Origin: Nitrospirota bacterium
GTDB lineage: Bacteria > Nitrospirota > UBA9217
NCBI GenBank assembly: GCA_963845065.1
Contig: CAWJQQ010000001.1
Span: 544,001-608,000 of the forward strand
DNA length: 64,000 nucleotides
Direction of reading: 5' to 3'
Position 1 is the first letter of the stretch; the number at the start of each line of letters is the position of its first letter. Under the pieces are notes generated by a model. The model ran no database searches. It was not told the origin of the DNA and worked only from the letters and a program-made list of their open reading frames with translations. Both the position numbers and the translations under genes were made by a program. Of the stretch, positions 32,045-41,934 are shown in pieces.

Positions 32045-32243
32045 TTAGAGGTTCCCATTGAAATAATAAAGTTTAAATTTTAACGGTGCATTATAGCGAT
32101 TGCAAAGGGGCGAGTCCACCCTATTATCCATTCGATTTAGATTTGCCATCAGAGGCTACTGTGATATACTGTCGTCGAAATAATATTAGGTTTTACAAAT
32201 ATCGAGTGTCAGAGCATTATATTCTTGAAAGGAAGGTTTAATC

Positions 32244-33251
32244 ATGAAATCGCTTATTGTCATGGTTCTTCTACTTATCAGTGTAACGGCACACGCAGCA
32301 TCAGGTTATCATGTTATCAATAAACTCCAATTGGGGGGTGAAGGTGGTTGGGATTACTTGACTGTGGATAGTGCAGCCCATCGGCTGTATATTTCCCGCA
32401 GCACTCATGTCATGGTTATCGACACCCTGACTGATAAAATGATTGGCGATATTCCCGATACCCCAGGAGTCCACGGCATAGCACTTGCACCCGAACTGAG
32501 CCGCGGTTTTATCAGCAATGGCAAGGCGCATAGGGCTACCATGTTCGATATAAAAACTCTGAAGGTAATCGGACAAGTTCAAACCGGAGAGAATCCTGAT
32601 GCTATATTATATGAACCTGATTCTCAACGAGTATTCACCTTCAACGGGAAAAGCAAAGATGCTACAGTATTTGAGGCAACTTCAGGCAAGGTTCTAGGGA
32701 CGATTGCTCTCGGCGGTAAGCCGGAATTTGCAACTACTGATAATAAGGGCAGGGTTTTTGTAAATATCGAGGATACAAGCGAGGTTATCGAACTGGACAG
32801 TAAAAAGCTTTCGATAGTTAAACGCAGTTCTTTAAGTCCCTGTGAAGAACCGTCGGGTATGGCAATTGATATAGAGCATCATCGGACATTTTCAGGATGC
32901 CACAACAAGATTATGGTAATCATGGACGTGGATTCTGGAAAGGTAATTGCTACTGCCCCTATTGGGACAGGCGTTGATGCGAATGCTTTTGATGCAGAGA
33001 CAGGGCTTGCATTTAGTTCAAATGGTGAGGGAACGCTCACGGTTGTCCGAGAATCATCACAGGGAAAGTTTGATGCGGAGACAGTGCCAACCCAACGGAG
33101 TGCTCGAACGATGGCAATAGATGCAAAGACCAAAAAAATATATATGCCTGTAGCCGAGTTTACCCCTGCACCTGCGCCAACGCCAGAAGTACCGAAGCCT
33201 AGACCTATTATGATTAAGGATAGCTTTGCGGTTCTTGTGGTTGGGAAGTAA
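32244..33251 (+). CDS. YncE-family beta-propeller periplasmic protein
   Basis: Signal peptide; GGWDYL, GVHGIALA, GENPDAI, ARTMAID. Confidence 0.85.
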   Translation: MKSLIVMVLLLISVTAHAASGYHVINKLQLGGEGGWDYLTVDSAAHRLYISRSTHVMVIDTLTDKMIGDIPDTPGVHGIALAPELSRGFISNGKAHRATMFDIKTLKVIGQVQTGENPDAILYEPDSQRVFTFNGKSKDATVFEATSGKVLGTIALGGKPEFATTDNKGRVFVNIEDTSEVIELDSKKLSIVKRSSLSPCEEPSGMAIDIEHHRTFSGCHNKIMVIMDVDSGKVIATAPIGTGVDANAFDAETGLAFSSNGEGTLTVVRESSQGKFDAETVPTQRSARTMAIDAKTKKIYMPVAEFTPAPAPTPEVPKPRPIMIKDSFAVLVVGK

Positions 33252-33278
33252 TTCCAATAGGTAAAGAAGAGCTACTAG

Positions 33279-34020
33279 ATGAGTTATCGCTTTTGTATTG
33301 TTGTATTCCTTCTCATATTAACAGTGGGGCCTGCTTCTGCAGGTCCCCACTCCTTACCAACGACCCTGACACACCTGGAGACAAACACTGGGAAATTAAC
33401 GTAGCTTTTATCCTCAACAGATATCAAACCAATCCACGTATGAAGCTCCTAACCTTGACCTTAATTATGGCGTAGGGGATAATATCCAAATAAAATATGA
33501 AGTCCCTTGGTTAATTCTCAACGAGCAGGGAATCGGAACTCAGAGCGGGTTGGGTAATTCGAATTTTGGAGTTAAATGGCGGTTTATCGATGAGGAACAG
33601 TATGGAGTAAATATGTCTACCTATCCCCAGTTCGAGTTCAATTCCCTAACGTCCTCAGTCAACAGAGGGCTTGTTGAAGAAGGGACGAGCTTGCTTCTCC
33701 CCGCTGAGGTATCAAATAAAATAGAGCTGGTTTTGATAGACGGAGAAGTCGGTTATACAATCGAGCAGCAACATGAAGATGAATGGTTGTACGGCCTCTT
33801 CATTGGCTATGATATTCGGCAGAAACTGACTATTCTCGGTGAAATCCACAACATAACTGCGAAAGGGTTCAATAGAAATGATACTTTTTTCAATATTGGC
33901 ACTCAGTGAGACTTTACGAAGAAATACGGCCTTTTGGCATCGGCCGGTAGGAGCCTCGATAGAGGCACAAGCGATGAGCCTAATGTACTTCTCTACTTAG
34001 GGCTGCAAATACGCTTATGA
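33279..34020 (+). pseudogene. Outer-membrane beta-barrel-like protein, frameshifted with internal stop
   Basis: GP.LLTNDPDTPGDKHWEIN... / DLNYGVGDNIQ...GVKWRF...LYLGLQIRL spread across frames. Confidence 0.65.
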
Positions 34021-34098
34021 TAGGAAGGGTTTGCCGTCCTGGTGCCGAATGGCGAAGGGACAGAGAATGTCAGTGAGGCGGATGCTGTGAAAGCGATT

Positions 34099-34901
34099 TT
34101 AGCGGTCAAGCATTTTAACCCAGAAGCCCGTCATCCCCAACCATTCGGCATTTTCAAAACCTGCTTCTTCCAGTAATCTAATTTGATCCCGGACCGGGAC
34201 CGCACCGCCGATTCATTGTGACCACGCTTCAGCGCTTCCCGCTAGGGACGAAGGTAAATCTTTTTCCAGGACAACATCGGCACACTGGAGTTTTCCGCCC
34301 GGCTTCAGGACGCGATATATTTCCTTGAAGCTGGTCTGCATAATGGGAGAAAGGTTGATGACACCGTTTGACATCACGATATCGAAGGAATGGTCATCAT
34401 AGGGGATCGTTTCTGAATCTACTTTCTTTATCTCAAAGTTCGTAATGCCTGCAAGGGTGAGATTCTCTCTTGCCCGCACTACCGTATTTTCCGTTAAATC
34501 TATTCCGCAGACCAGTCCTCTTTCACCAACTAGCTTGCTCGCAACAAAAAGGTCAAAACCCGCGCCGCACCCGAGATCCAGCACGCCGGCTCTAAGTCGG
34601 ATATTGCCTAACAAGAATGGGTTACCGACGACGCACAATGATTCAAAGAACCTGGTGTGGGCGCTTTCTATATCGGCAGGATCGTATCCTAACGCCTTTG
34701 CTCCGTCCTTGCCTATGGGATATTGGAAACTTCCCCTCTCTGAAATGGATACTTCAGCGATTTTATCGCGTATTGCTTTTCTGATCTCCTGCAAATCCGG
34801 GTAGGATTCTTGAAAGAGCTTCATAGTGACATCCACTCGGCCAGCGCCGACTGATGGCGATCAAGTGGGTGTAACGATATTTATTCTAATTGGTCAGTCA
34901 T
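34099..34901 (-). CDS. ArsM-like SAM methyltransferase with two putative selenocysteine UGA codons (34861-34863 and 34213-34215); 1-nt frameshift near the start, possibly a pseudogene
   Basis: VLDLGCGAGFD, SNGVINLS, LKPGG; reading through UGA gives WSQ-U-IGGAVPVRDQIRLLEEAGF to TAA at 34099. Confidence 0.72.
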
Positions 34902-35230
34902 GGCAAATCTCTCTTTAGATATGATTGTCAATTTATCGCTGACATCAAATTAGATTAGGCATATATTCGTGTAAAAGTAGATCAGTTAGTATTGGACTCC
35001 ATTTGCCAGTTTTGTTCGTGCATGCACTGTGCTATTATAGTGTCTACAAACAGGAGTAATGAATGGCATTTCATTATGAGGGGTATGACCTCGATAGCAG
35101 GCATAACTAACTCTTCACCTCTCTCTCATGAAATATAGAGGCGTTCGCGATGTACCTTTTGTACGATTTGTTATGTATTACAACGTTCAAGTACAACTGT
35201 TAACAATTGACCTCTTCTATAAATATTTGA

Positions 35231-36400
35231 ATGGCGAGCGACAAATCCATATTTTACCTTCCCTTCGAGCCTGACAGAAACCTCCAGCCCAAGCCGGAGC
35301 AGATAAATGAGTTTCTCGAAAGCAGAGGTAAGGACGTCGGCAAAGGCCTGCACGGCGAAGACCTCGCATACTATCGCCGCCTGCTCGCGCGCGTCGATGC
35401 TTTTGGACAAGCGCAGCAGCAGGATGCGAAGGGAAGGGACCTTCACAATCAAATGGTCTATGCTGTTCTCCGTTATTCCCGGTTTGCGGATCACAACCTC
35501 CTGTCTGCGGTGGAACTATTTCAATATCACCTACATACGCTCAAACTCAAATCGAACGATTTCAGTACTACGACCTCATTCATCCGGTCAGCCGGGAGGA
35601 CATTGAGTAAGCTCAACAGGGACAAGATTACTGATGTGCTTAGGATGGTGAGACTCCAGGAGATGATTAACGAGCGAAACAAAATCATCGAGAAACTCAA
35701 GCTGCCATCGCTTGCATTAATAGCTGAACTTTGCCGCATTGCACTGTATATCCATGGAACCCTCGCCGAGATTATAAAACGCTGTCAAGCATCGATCGTC
35801 ATGCTCTTGGACCCGAATGTTATCAGGAAGAAAGAAAAACAGATCATCGATGAACTTAAAGGACGGCCCAAAAAAGCGCTTCTAGCCGGAAAGATCGCCA
35901 AGCAGGACCTTGAGCGCGCAATACGAGAGGTCAATCTGATTTCGGGTAAAATGTCGTTTGTCGTAAGAGAAGATATTAACATGCTCAAAGTCCTCTACGA
36001 AGCCCTACAAGGACGGCTGCGGAAAACAGTGCAGGTCATTGAAGCCCCGCTGGCGGAGATTAATTGTAAAAAGAACAGAAGCATTGAAGAACTCCAACAG
36101 TTCTTTTCTGAGGTCGAGCACGCTCTTGTCTCGCTTCTGTCTACTCATCACCTGGAACAGCTGGCGCCGGATATTCGCATTGAAGCAGCATATAAAAAAA
36201 TTATCACGAAAAAAAGAGAAGAGATGCTAGGTTACCTCTTTGAAATCCTTCCGAAAGGCCTTAGGACCCAGCCTGATCGTCGGTCTTCAAAGGCGCGTAG
36301 GAAGTTCAATGAAACCAACTATCAAGGGCCCAGTCGAAGAAGTGGTAGGGACAGAAGGACCGGGAATGACCGCAGAAAATCGATGATTGGTTCTTCTTGA
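35231..36400 (+). CDS. Hypothetical helical protein with Arg-rich C-terminal DRR repeats
   Basis: 389-aa ORF; tail PDRRS...GPSRRSGRDRRTGNDRRK. Confidence 0.7.
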   Translation: MASDKSIFYLPFEPDRNLQPKPEQINEFLESRGKDVGKGLHGEDLAYYRRLLARVDAFGQAQQQDAKGRDLHNQMVYAVLRYSRFADHNLLSAVELFQYHLHTLKLKSNDFSTTTSFIRSAGRTLSKLNRDKITDVLRMVRLQEMINERNKIIEKLKLPSLALIAELCRIALYIHGTLAEIIKRCQASIVMLLDPNVIRKKEKQIIDELKGRPKKALLAGKIAKQDLERAIREVNLISGKMSFVVREDINMLKVLYEALQGRLRKTVQVIEAPLAEINCKKNRSIEELQQFFSEVEHALVSLLSTHHLEQLAPDIRIEAAYKKIITKKREEMLGYLFEILPKGLRTQPDRRSSKARRKFNETNYQGPSRRSGRDRRTGNDRRKSMIGSS

Positions 36401-36454
36401 GGCACTTTTTTCCGTTATTGACATCCTGAACTCATCATTAGGAAGCCCTCTGGA

Positions 36455-36730
36455 TCATGCGACCTTCCGGCCGAACTCCGTTCGCTCCTCGAAGTTTTTG
36501 ATAAACTGTGCGACCTGTACGCCCAGATACACGCACTTGATACCGTTCATGCATTCATCGGCATCCTTTTTTTCGAGATAGGTGCTCAACTGCTCCTGCC
36601 CGCGTATAAACGTTATGACATAAGCGTTCTTCTCTGCGCTGAAGCCAACGCTTACGAAAAAATGATGTTCCCCGATCTCGGGATACATCTCAAGGATCTT
36701 GTCTTTTAATTCACCATGCGTAAACACCAT
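36455..36730 (-). CDS. Small conserved hypothetical protein
   Basis: RBS GGAGG; MVFTHGELKDKILEMYPEI...DADECMNGIKCVYLG. Confidence 0.75.
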   Translation of the reverse strand: MVFTHGELKDKILEMYPEIGEHHFFVSVGFSAEKNAYVITFIRGQEQLSTYLEKKDADECMNGIKCVYLGVQVAQFIKNFEERTEFGRKVA

Positions 36731-36945
36731 ATTAACCTCCCTTCCCGCTGTTCCCGGGATACTCAACTCTGAGAACTCATGACTATACCCATCTATCATC
36801 CTGAACGCAGATCAATATCTCGATTCTTTAGCAGTACAACATTCTTCTCTAGACCACTCCTCAGTGGTTCAAATCCAGATCCTTCTCTGTCTCCCAGGAT
36901 GATATTTTATCTATCATTATAATTAATATTTTCGACAGACTTCTC

Positions 36946-37344
36946 TTACGCTACCCTCTTCTTTGTGTCCCATTCATGGGCCGATTTCTTGACATTGGCT
37001 ATCATTGCAGGCGTAAACTCCTTGATCCCATGGGCTTCCCTGGCATGGACAGCCACACCGTCTACGATCAACTCTTCGGTCATGGCTATATACCGCCAGT
37101 TGCATTCCGGTTTCACCTTACAATTATACTCCTTCAAAACGATATTCGCTGCATTTGCGGCATCCACTGCACTGGGGTTGAGAAAAAGGTTTTTTATTTT
37201 CCCCAGCATATCAGGCCCGACCTCTTTTACGCCATGAACGTCCCGCAAATGAATGGCCACAATATCGGCTAGCAGTTCCTCGGTCTTTGCAATGTGCTTC
37301 CATGAGCATTTGTTTCCCAAGCTTTCGCATCTGAATTCTCTCAT
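36946..37344 (-). CDS. Tandem DUF1059-like small metal-binding protein
   Basis: Two repeats of C-x5-C-x-W...TEEL...H...HG; RBS AGGAGG. Confidence 0.8.
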   Translation of the reverse strand: MREFRCESLGNKCSWKHIAKTEELLADIVAIHLRDVHGVKEVGPDMLGKIKNLFLNPSAVDAANAANIVLKEYNCKVKPECNWRYIAMTEELIVDGVAVHAREAHGIKEFTPAMIANVKKSAHEWDTKKRVA

Positions 37345-37550
37345 AAGACACCTCCTGATCATTATTTCAGAATAATAGCATGAAGCCCTCTTAGCTTTAA
37401 TTATAGCATGCTTATTCCTAGAACACTCATTCTGAGAACTTATTTAATAAAAATAAACGCGACTGATTTTATAGTACAAGCTGGCTCTGACATAAAGACA
37501 ATAATCGGGTGTTTAAGGGGAATGTCGAATTTTCTAACGAGGATTTCAGC

Positions 37551-37830
37551 TTACACCTTCCCCGATTTGATGGACACCTCGAGTAGTTGTATAATCGGGA
37601 GAGGAGGCGCTTAAGGCGAAGAGCGAACGTCGTCAATTCACGCAAGAGTTCAAAAGAAATGCTGTTAATTTGGTAATGGAGAAAGGTGTTTTTGTTAGGA
37701 ATGTTGCGTGTGACCTTGATATTCATCCGAATCTGGTACATCAATGGAGGAGGATGTGTAGGACAGAAGCTGACGACTCCTTTGTGGGGACGGGGAATTT
37801 AAAGTCTGAGGACGCAGAATTGAAGCGCCC
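37551..37830 (+). pseudogene. IS3-family orfA remnant with left IR
   Basis: IR-like CCTTCCCCGATTTGATGGACAC; RRQFTQEFKRNAVNLV...VACDLDIHPNLVHQWRR. Confidence 0.65.
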
Positions 37831-37988
37831 CCAGTTTTACACCTCCGCTAATATTATATGAAACGCGACATCGCCTACAATCATGCACGCGTGCATCGCG
37901 ATCAGGTATCCTTTTATGGGTGGATATGCCATAATTGAATTGATTGACGTGCTATTTTTTAGTAGAGAACTAGATACTTTTATTCATC

Positions 37989-38270
37989 GTGCTTAAAGAA
38001 CAGATCCACCAAGTGTTAGCCGAACATTCGCATTCCATTACCGGCTATCATAAGCTGCGGACACGGAAGTCAGGACCGATACGTTATATTGATCTGCACA
38101 TGGTTGTTCCCCGACGCAGCACAGTTGAAGACGCGCATTTATTGAGTCATCGCATCAGTGCCCGGATTCGGGAACGTCTTGCCAATAGCCAGGTATTGGT
38201 CCACATCGAGCCATGTAACGGTCTTTGCGATGGATGTCGTCTGGATTGTAAGGCCTTAACCAACTATTGA
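37989..38270 (+). pseudogene. CDF cation-efflux C-terminal (dimerisation) domain fragment
   Basis: HKLRTRKSG..RYIDLH...VEDAH...VLVHIEPC; transmembrane domain absent. Confidence 0.7.
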
Positions 38271-38334
38271 TCAATGTTCTCTGCAACACAGAAGAACCGG
38301 TAATGAAAAAAAATGATTAAAATCCAAAAAAAAC

Positions 38335-38363
38335 TTGACATCATTCGCATAGTCTGTTATAAG
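38335..38363 (+). promoter_or_regulatory. Sigma70 promoter of the metal-transport operon leader
   Basis: TTGACA, 17 bp, TATAAG with extended -10 TG. Confidence 0.75.
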
Positions 38364-38420
38364 CGGTTTCGAAAGTTGTTTTGACTGCAAAACATCAAAA
38401 AAAGTCAGGAGGTGATGTCT

Positions 38421-38540
38421 ATGGACGGTGGCCCAAGTAGCCTACATATCATTTACGAGATAACTATCTCGCAGCTTTCGGTAATAACGAAAGGAAGGGT
38501 CCGTCCATTGCTCGCTTCCATTATGCCGCTTTCCTACTAG
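38421..38540 (+). CDS. Putative 39-aa leader peptide, copy 1
   Basis: AGGAGGT RBS; MDGGPSSLHIIYEITISQLSVITKGRVRPLLASIMPLSY*. Confidence 0.65.
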   Translation: MDGGPSSLHIIYEITISQLSVITKGRVRPLLASIMPLSY

Positions 38541-38804
38541 CCACTCTTCTCTTTCCATTATTTCCGATAGCGCTTCCTGTACCATGCAGAACACGCACAT
38601 ACGCATGGGCCGTGAATGTTTTTGGTTCACGGTATAATCAAACAGCGGAGGTACGGATAATGGACCTCATCAAAATCATCTCGTTTTCCCGGCAACTTCT
38701 GAAAAGAATGCCTGTTTTTCTCCATAATTGCTCAACTGTCTGTTATAAGCAGTCTAATAGGGTTGTTTTGATTACAACACAACAAAAGTTAGGAGGTGAT
38801 GTCT

Positions 38805-38924
38805 ATGGACGGTGGCCCAAGTAGCCTACGTATCATTTACGAGATAACTATCTCGAAGCTTTCGGTAATAACGAAAAAAGGGGTTCGTCCGTTGCTTGCC
38901 TCCATCATGCCCTTTCCCTCCTAG
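38805..38924 (+). CDS. Putative 39-aa leader peptide, copy 2
   Basis: AGGAGGT RBS; MDGGPSSLRIIYEITISKLSVITKKGVRPLLASIMPFPS*. Confidence 0.68.
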   Translation: MDGGPSSLRIIYEITISKLSVITKKGVRPLLASIMPFPS

Positions 38925-39048
38925 CGGCCGTTCTCTTCTTTCCATTATTTCCGATGGCACTTGCTGTACCATTTAGAACACGCAAATACGCATGGTCCGT
39001 GAATGTTTTTTGTTCACGGTAACAATCAAGCAGTCGGAGGTACAGATA

Positions 39049-40431
39049 ATGGACTTCATCGAAATCATTTCGTTTTCTCAGCAACGTCTGAAAAAGTGCT
39101 CGCTATTTACCGTAACGTTGCTCATCGCTGTGACCTGCAACACAGCGTCTGCTGAAACTGCACCTGAACCGGCCTGGGCACCCCAATTACTGGGGCTGCA
39201 GGCAACTATAATCTATCAAAACATGCCGCCGTTTCGAAGCCCCTACGAGGGACCGAACAGCCTTACGTTTGATCACGGTTTAGGGCAAGGCCATACTGAA
39301 ACGTATGGCGTCTACCTCGGCTCCCGAATAGCCCCGACACTCCAGACCTATCTTGATATTGAAGAGGAACGCGGTGATGGGATCAGCCGAGCTGTCGGTC
39401 TGGGCGGCATCACGAACGGTGACGTAATCAGGGAGGGTTCGGTGGATTTGGGACAGAACCCGTATATTGCGCGACTTTACCTTCGATACTATATTCCTTT
39501 ATCGCAGGAAAATGATCCACTAGCTACTCGGAGTATGGATCAACTACCTGGAAATGAACCCGGGAGTAGGGTGGAGATAAAGATTGGGTTAATGGCTGCA
39601 ACTGATGACTTCGATCTCAACCGGTATGCCAACAATACGCGGACACAATTTATGAACTGGGGGCTCATCAACAACACCGCGTGGGATTTTGCCGCAGACA
39701 CCCGCGGATATGACTACGGTTTTGTCGTTGCTTTAGTCGAGCCATTCTGGCGATTGGCTTTTGGCAGCTACCAAATGCCGACCATGGCCAACGGTAATAC
39801 ATTTGATGGCCATATCGAACAGGCCCGTGGCGATAATTTAGAACTCACGCTCAGACCGAATCAGCAGGGGACGGTGCTTCGTTTTTTAGCCTATCGTAAT
39901 CTTGCGCGCATGGGAGATTATGCGGATGCGATTGCGAACGGGGATGCGAGTTCATCAACGCCGAACATTGCTGCAGATGACAAGCTTGGACGTTCAAAAT
40001 ATGGATTTGGCTTCAATGTAGAGCAACCTCTCGCGGATGACGGTGAAACCGGAGTTTTTGCAAGGATCGGTTGGAACGACGGTCATACTGAAGATTTTGC
40101 ATTTACGGAAGTAGACCGACACCTCAGCACCGGCGTACAGGTGAGCGGAATGCATTGGGGCCGGACAGACGACCGTTTCGGAATCGCTTATGTGTGGCAC
40201 GGCTTATCACCTGAGCATCGTGATTATCTGGCTGCCGGCGGAATCGGATTTGTGCTCGGTGACGGCAAGCTCAACTACGGGTTAGAGCAGATCCTCGAAA
40301 CTTATTACCGAGTTCAACTCGGTCAGTATGCTCAACTGAGTCCGGATTTTCAATTTATTCAAAACCCCGGGTATAACCGTGACCGTGGGTCTGTTGAAGT
40401 ATATTCTCTGCGCTTTCGCCTTAACTATTAA
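39049..40431 (+). CDS. OprB-family outer-membrane porin (MnoP-like divalent-metal porin)
   Basis: FRSPYEGPNSL, YANNTRTQFMNW, AWDFAADTRGY, GDGKLNYG.E.ILETYY, NPGYNRDRG. Confidence 0.85.
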   Translation: MDFIEIISFSQQRLKKCSLFTVTLLIAVTCNTASAETAPEPAWAPQLLGLQATIIYQNMPPFRSPYEGPNSLTFDHGLGQGHTETYGVYLGSRIAPTLQTYLDIEEERGDGISRAVGLGGITNGDVIREGSVDLGQNPYIARLYLRYYIPLSQENDPLATRSMDQLPGNEPGSRVEIKIGLMAATDDFDLNRYANNTRTQFMNWGLINNTAWDFAADTRGYDYGFVVALVEPFWRLAFGSYQMPTMANGNTFDGHIEQARGDNLELTLRPNQQGTVLRFLAYRNLARMGDYADAIANGDASSSTPNIAADDKLGRSKYGFGFNVEQPLADDGETGVFARIGWNDGHTEDFAFTEVDRHLSTGVQVSGMHWGRTDDRFGIAYVWHGLSPEHRDYLAAGGIGFVLGDGKLNYGLEQILETYYRVQLGQYAQLSPDFQFIQNPGYNRDRGSVEVYSLRFRLNY

Positions 40432-40454
40432 TTTATCAGGAAGGAGGATATACA

Positions 40455-41726
40455 ATGAACATATTTACACGACTTTATTACCGGTTCCGCAGGATGTCTA
40501 AGGCGATGCGGCTTTTTTTGCTTACAGCGGGCCCCGGAGTTATCGTGATGGTTGCCGACAACGACGCGGGAGGGATCACGACCTACACTGCGACCGGGGC
40601 CAAATATGGAATGCACCTTTTGTGGTTTCTGATTCTCCTGGGTCCGGTGGCTTATTATGTTCAGGAAATGACAGTGCGACTGGGCGCGGTCACCAAACGA
40701 GGCCATGCAGAGGCCATCTTTGCGTCATTCGGCCGTCTTTGGGGCTGGTTTTCTTTGCTGGACCTGGTCCTGACCGACTGGCTCACCATGATCACAGAGT
40801 TCATCGGAATGACCGCGGCACTGAGTATCTTCCACGTTCCAGCGATGATAACGGTCGTGATCTGCTGGATTATCATGGGGGCTATGATAATGACCGGACG
40901 TTACTGGACATGGGAGAAGATCGCGCTTTTGTTCTGCGTGCTCAATCTGATCTACATTCCGGCTGCTTTCATGGTGCACCCAACGGTGCATGACATTGTC
41001 TTCAATAGCCTTGTCCCGCATTTTCCGCCGGGCGGCTTCACGAACGAGCTGTTTTTCCTCTTGATGGCAAATATTGGGACGACAATTGCGCCTTGGATGC
41101 CGTTCTTCCAGCAAAGCTCAGTCGTGGATAAAGGGCTGCATGAGAAGGACATCATGTTCGGGAAAATCGACACAGCAATCGGCGCGTTTCTGACGGTCGT
41201 TGTAGCGATGGTCTTGATCATTGTTTGCGGCAAGCTGCTTAATGGTGTGCCTGTGGATGATGCCGCAGTGGCAGCTACGACGATCATGCCCACTAGCAGG
41301 ACCATAGGCACATTGATCGCTATCGGACTTTTTGATGCCGGGCTGTTAGGAGCAATCTGCATATCGCTGGCGAGCTCCTGGGCCTTCGGGGAGATATTCG
41401 GCTGGGCTCATTCGCTTAATAACAAGGTCAGGGAAGCGCCTTGGTTCTATGCATACTATTTCTTTGACTTGCTGCTCGCCGGAACCGTTGTGTTGATCCC
41501 AGGCGCACCCCTTGTTCTCATAACACTTTTCGTCCAGGTCATCGCCACAACCCTGCTGCCTGCCGCTTTAGTCTTCTTGATTTTGCTTCTAAACGACAAG
41601 AAGACCATGGGCGAGTATGTCAACACGCGATGGGAGAACATCGTTAATATCGGCATCGTTGTCATTATTATCGCGCTTTCCACGTTGTATGGCCTCAGCA
41701 CCCTGTTCCCGGATATGTTTAAATAA
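40455..41726 (+). CDS. NRAMP-related divalent metal transporter (probable Mg2+ type)
   Basis: ADNDAGGITTY (not the MntH DPGN), QEMTVRLG, GTTIAPW..FFQQS. Confidence 0.88.
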   Translation: MNIFTRLYYRFRRMSKAMRLFLLTAGPGVIVMVADNDAGGITTYTATGAKYGMHLLWFLILLGPVAYYVQEMTVRLGAVTKRGHAEAIFASFGRLWGWFSLLDLVLTDWLTMITEFIGMTAALSIFHVPAMITVVICWIIMGAMIMTGRYWTWEKIALLFCVLNLIYIPAAFMVHPTVHDIVFNSLVPHFPPGGFTNELFFLLMANIGTTIAPWMPFFQQSSVVDKGLHEKDIMFGKIDTAIGAFLTVVVAMVLIIVCGKLLNGVPVDDAAVAATTIMPTSRTIGTLIAIGLFDAGLLGAICISLASSWAFGEIFGWAHSLNNKVREAPWFYAYYFFDLLLAGTVVLIPGAPLVLITLFVQVIATTLLPAALVFLILLLNDKKTMGEYVNTRWENIVNIGIVVIIIALSTLYGLSTLFPDMFK

Positions 41727-41745
41727 ATGATGAAGGAGATCAACC

Positions 41746-41922
41746 ATGATAAAAGATTTTTTCAATCACAGTTATGCGAAAGTTCGCGAAATCAACAAAA
41801 AATACGAGACCCCCAGCATAGAAATGTCGAAGCGGGTAAAGTTTTCTCTTTTGTTATTGCGGCTCTATCTTTTTACTCTGATAGGATTAACTCTTTACAA
41901 ATTCATCACATTGCTAAAATAA
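41746..41922 (+). CDS. 58-aa single-TM membrane protein inside the metal operon
   Basis: RBS AAGGAG; MIKDFFNHSYAKVREINKKYETPSIEMSKRVKFSLLLLRLYLFTLIGLTLYKFITLLK*; below ORF-track cutoff. Confidence 0.75.
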   Translation: MIKDFFNHSYAKVREINKKYETPSIEMSKRVKFSLLLLRLYLFTLIGLTLYKFITLLK

Positions 41923-41934
41923 GGGAGGCGAATC

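Larger units (their letters stand above)
38352..39096 (+). repeat. Diverged tandem duplication (~384 bp period) of -10 box, leader ORF and first codons of the porin gene
   Basis: 38352-38707 aligns with 38738-39096. Confidence 0.9.

Noticed and set aside
38612..38824. 70-aa ORF as a real gene
   Set aside because: It is the duplicated porin start running into the next repeat unit
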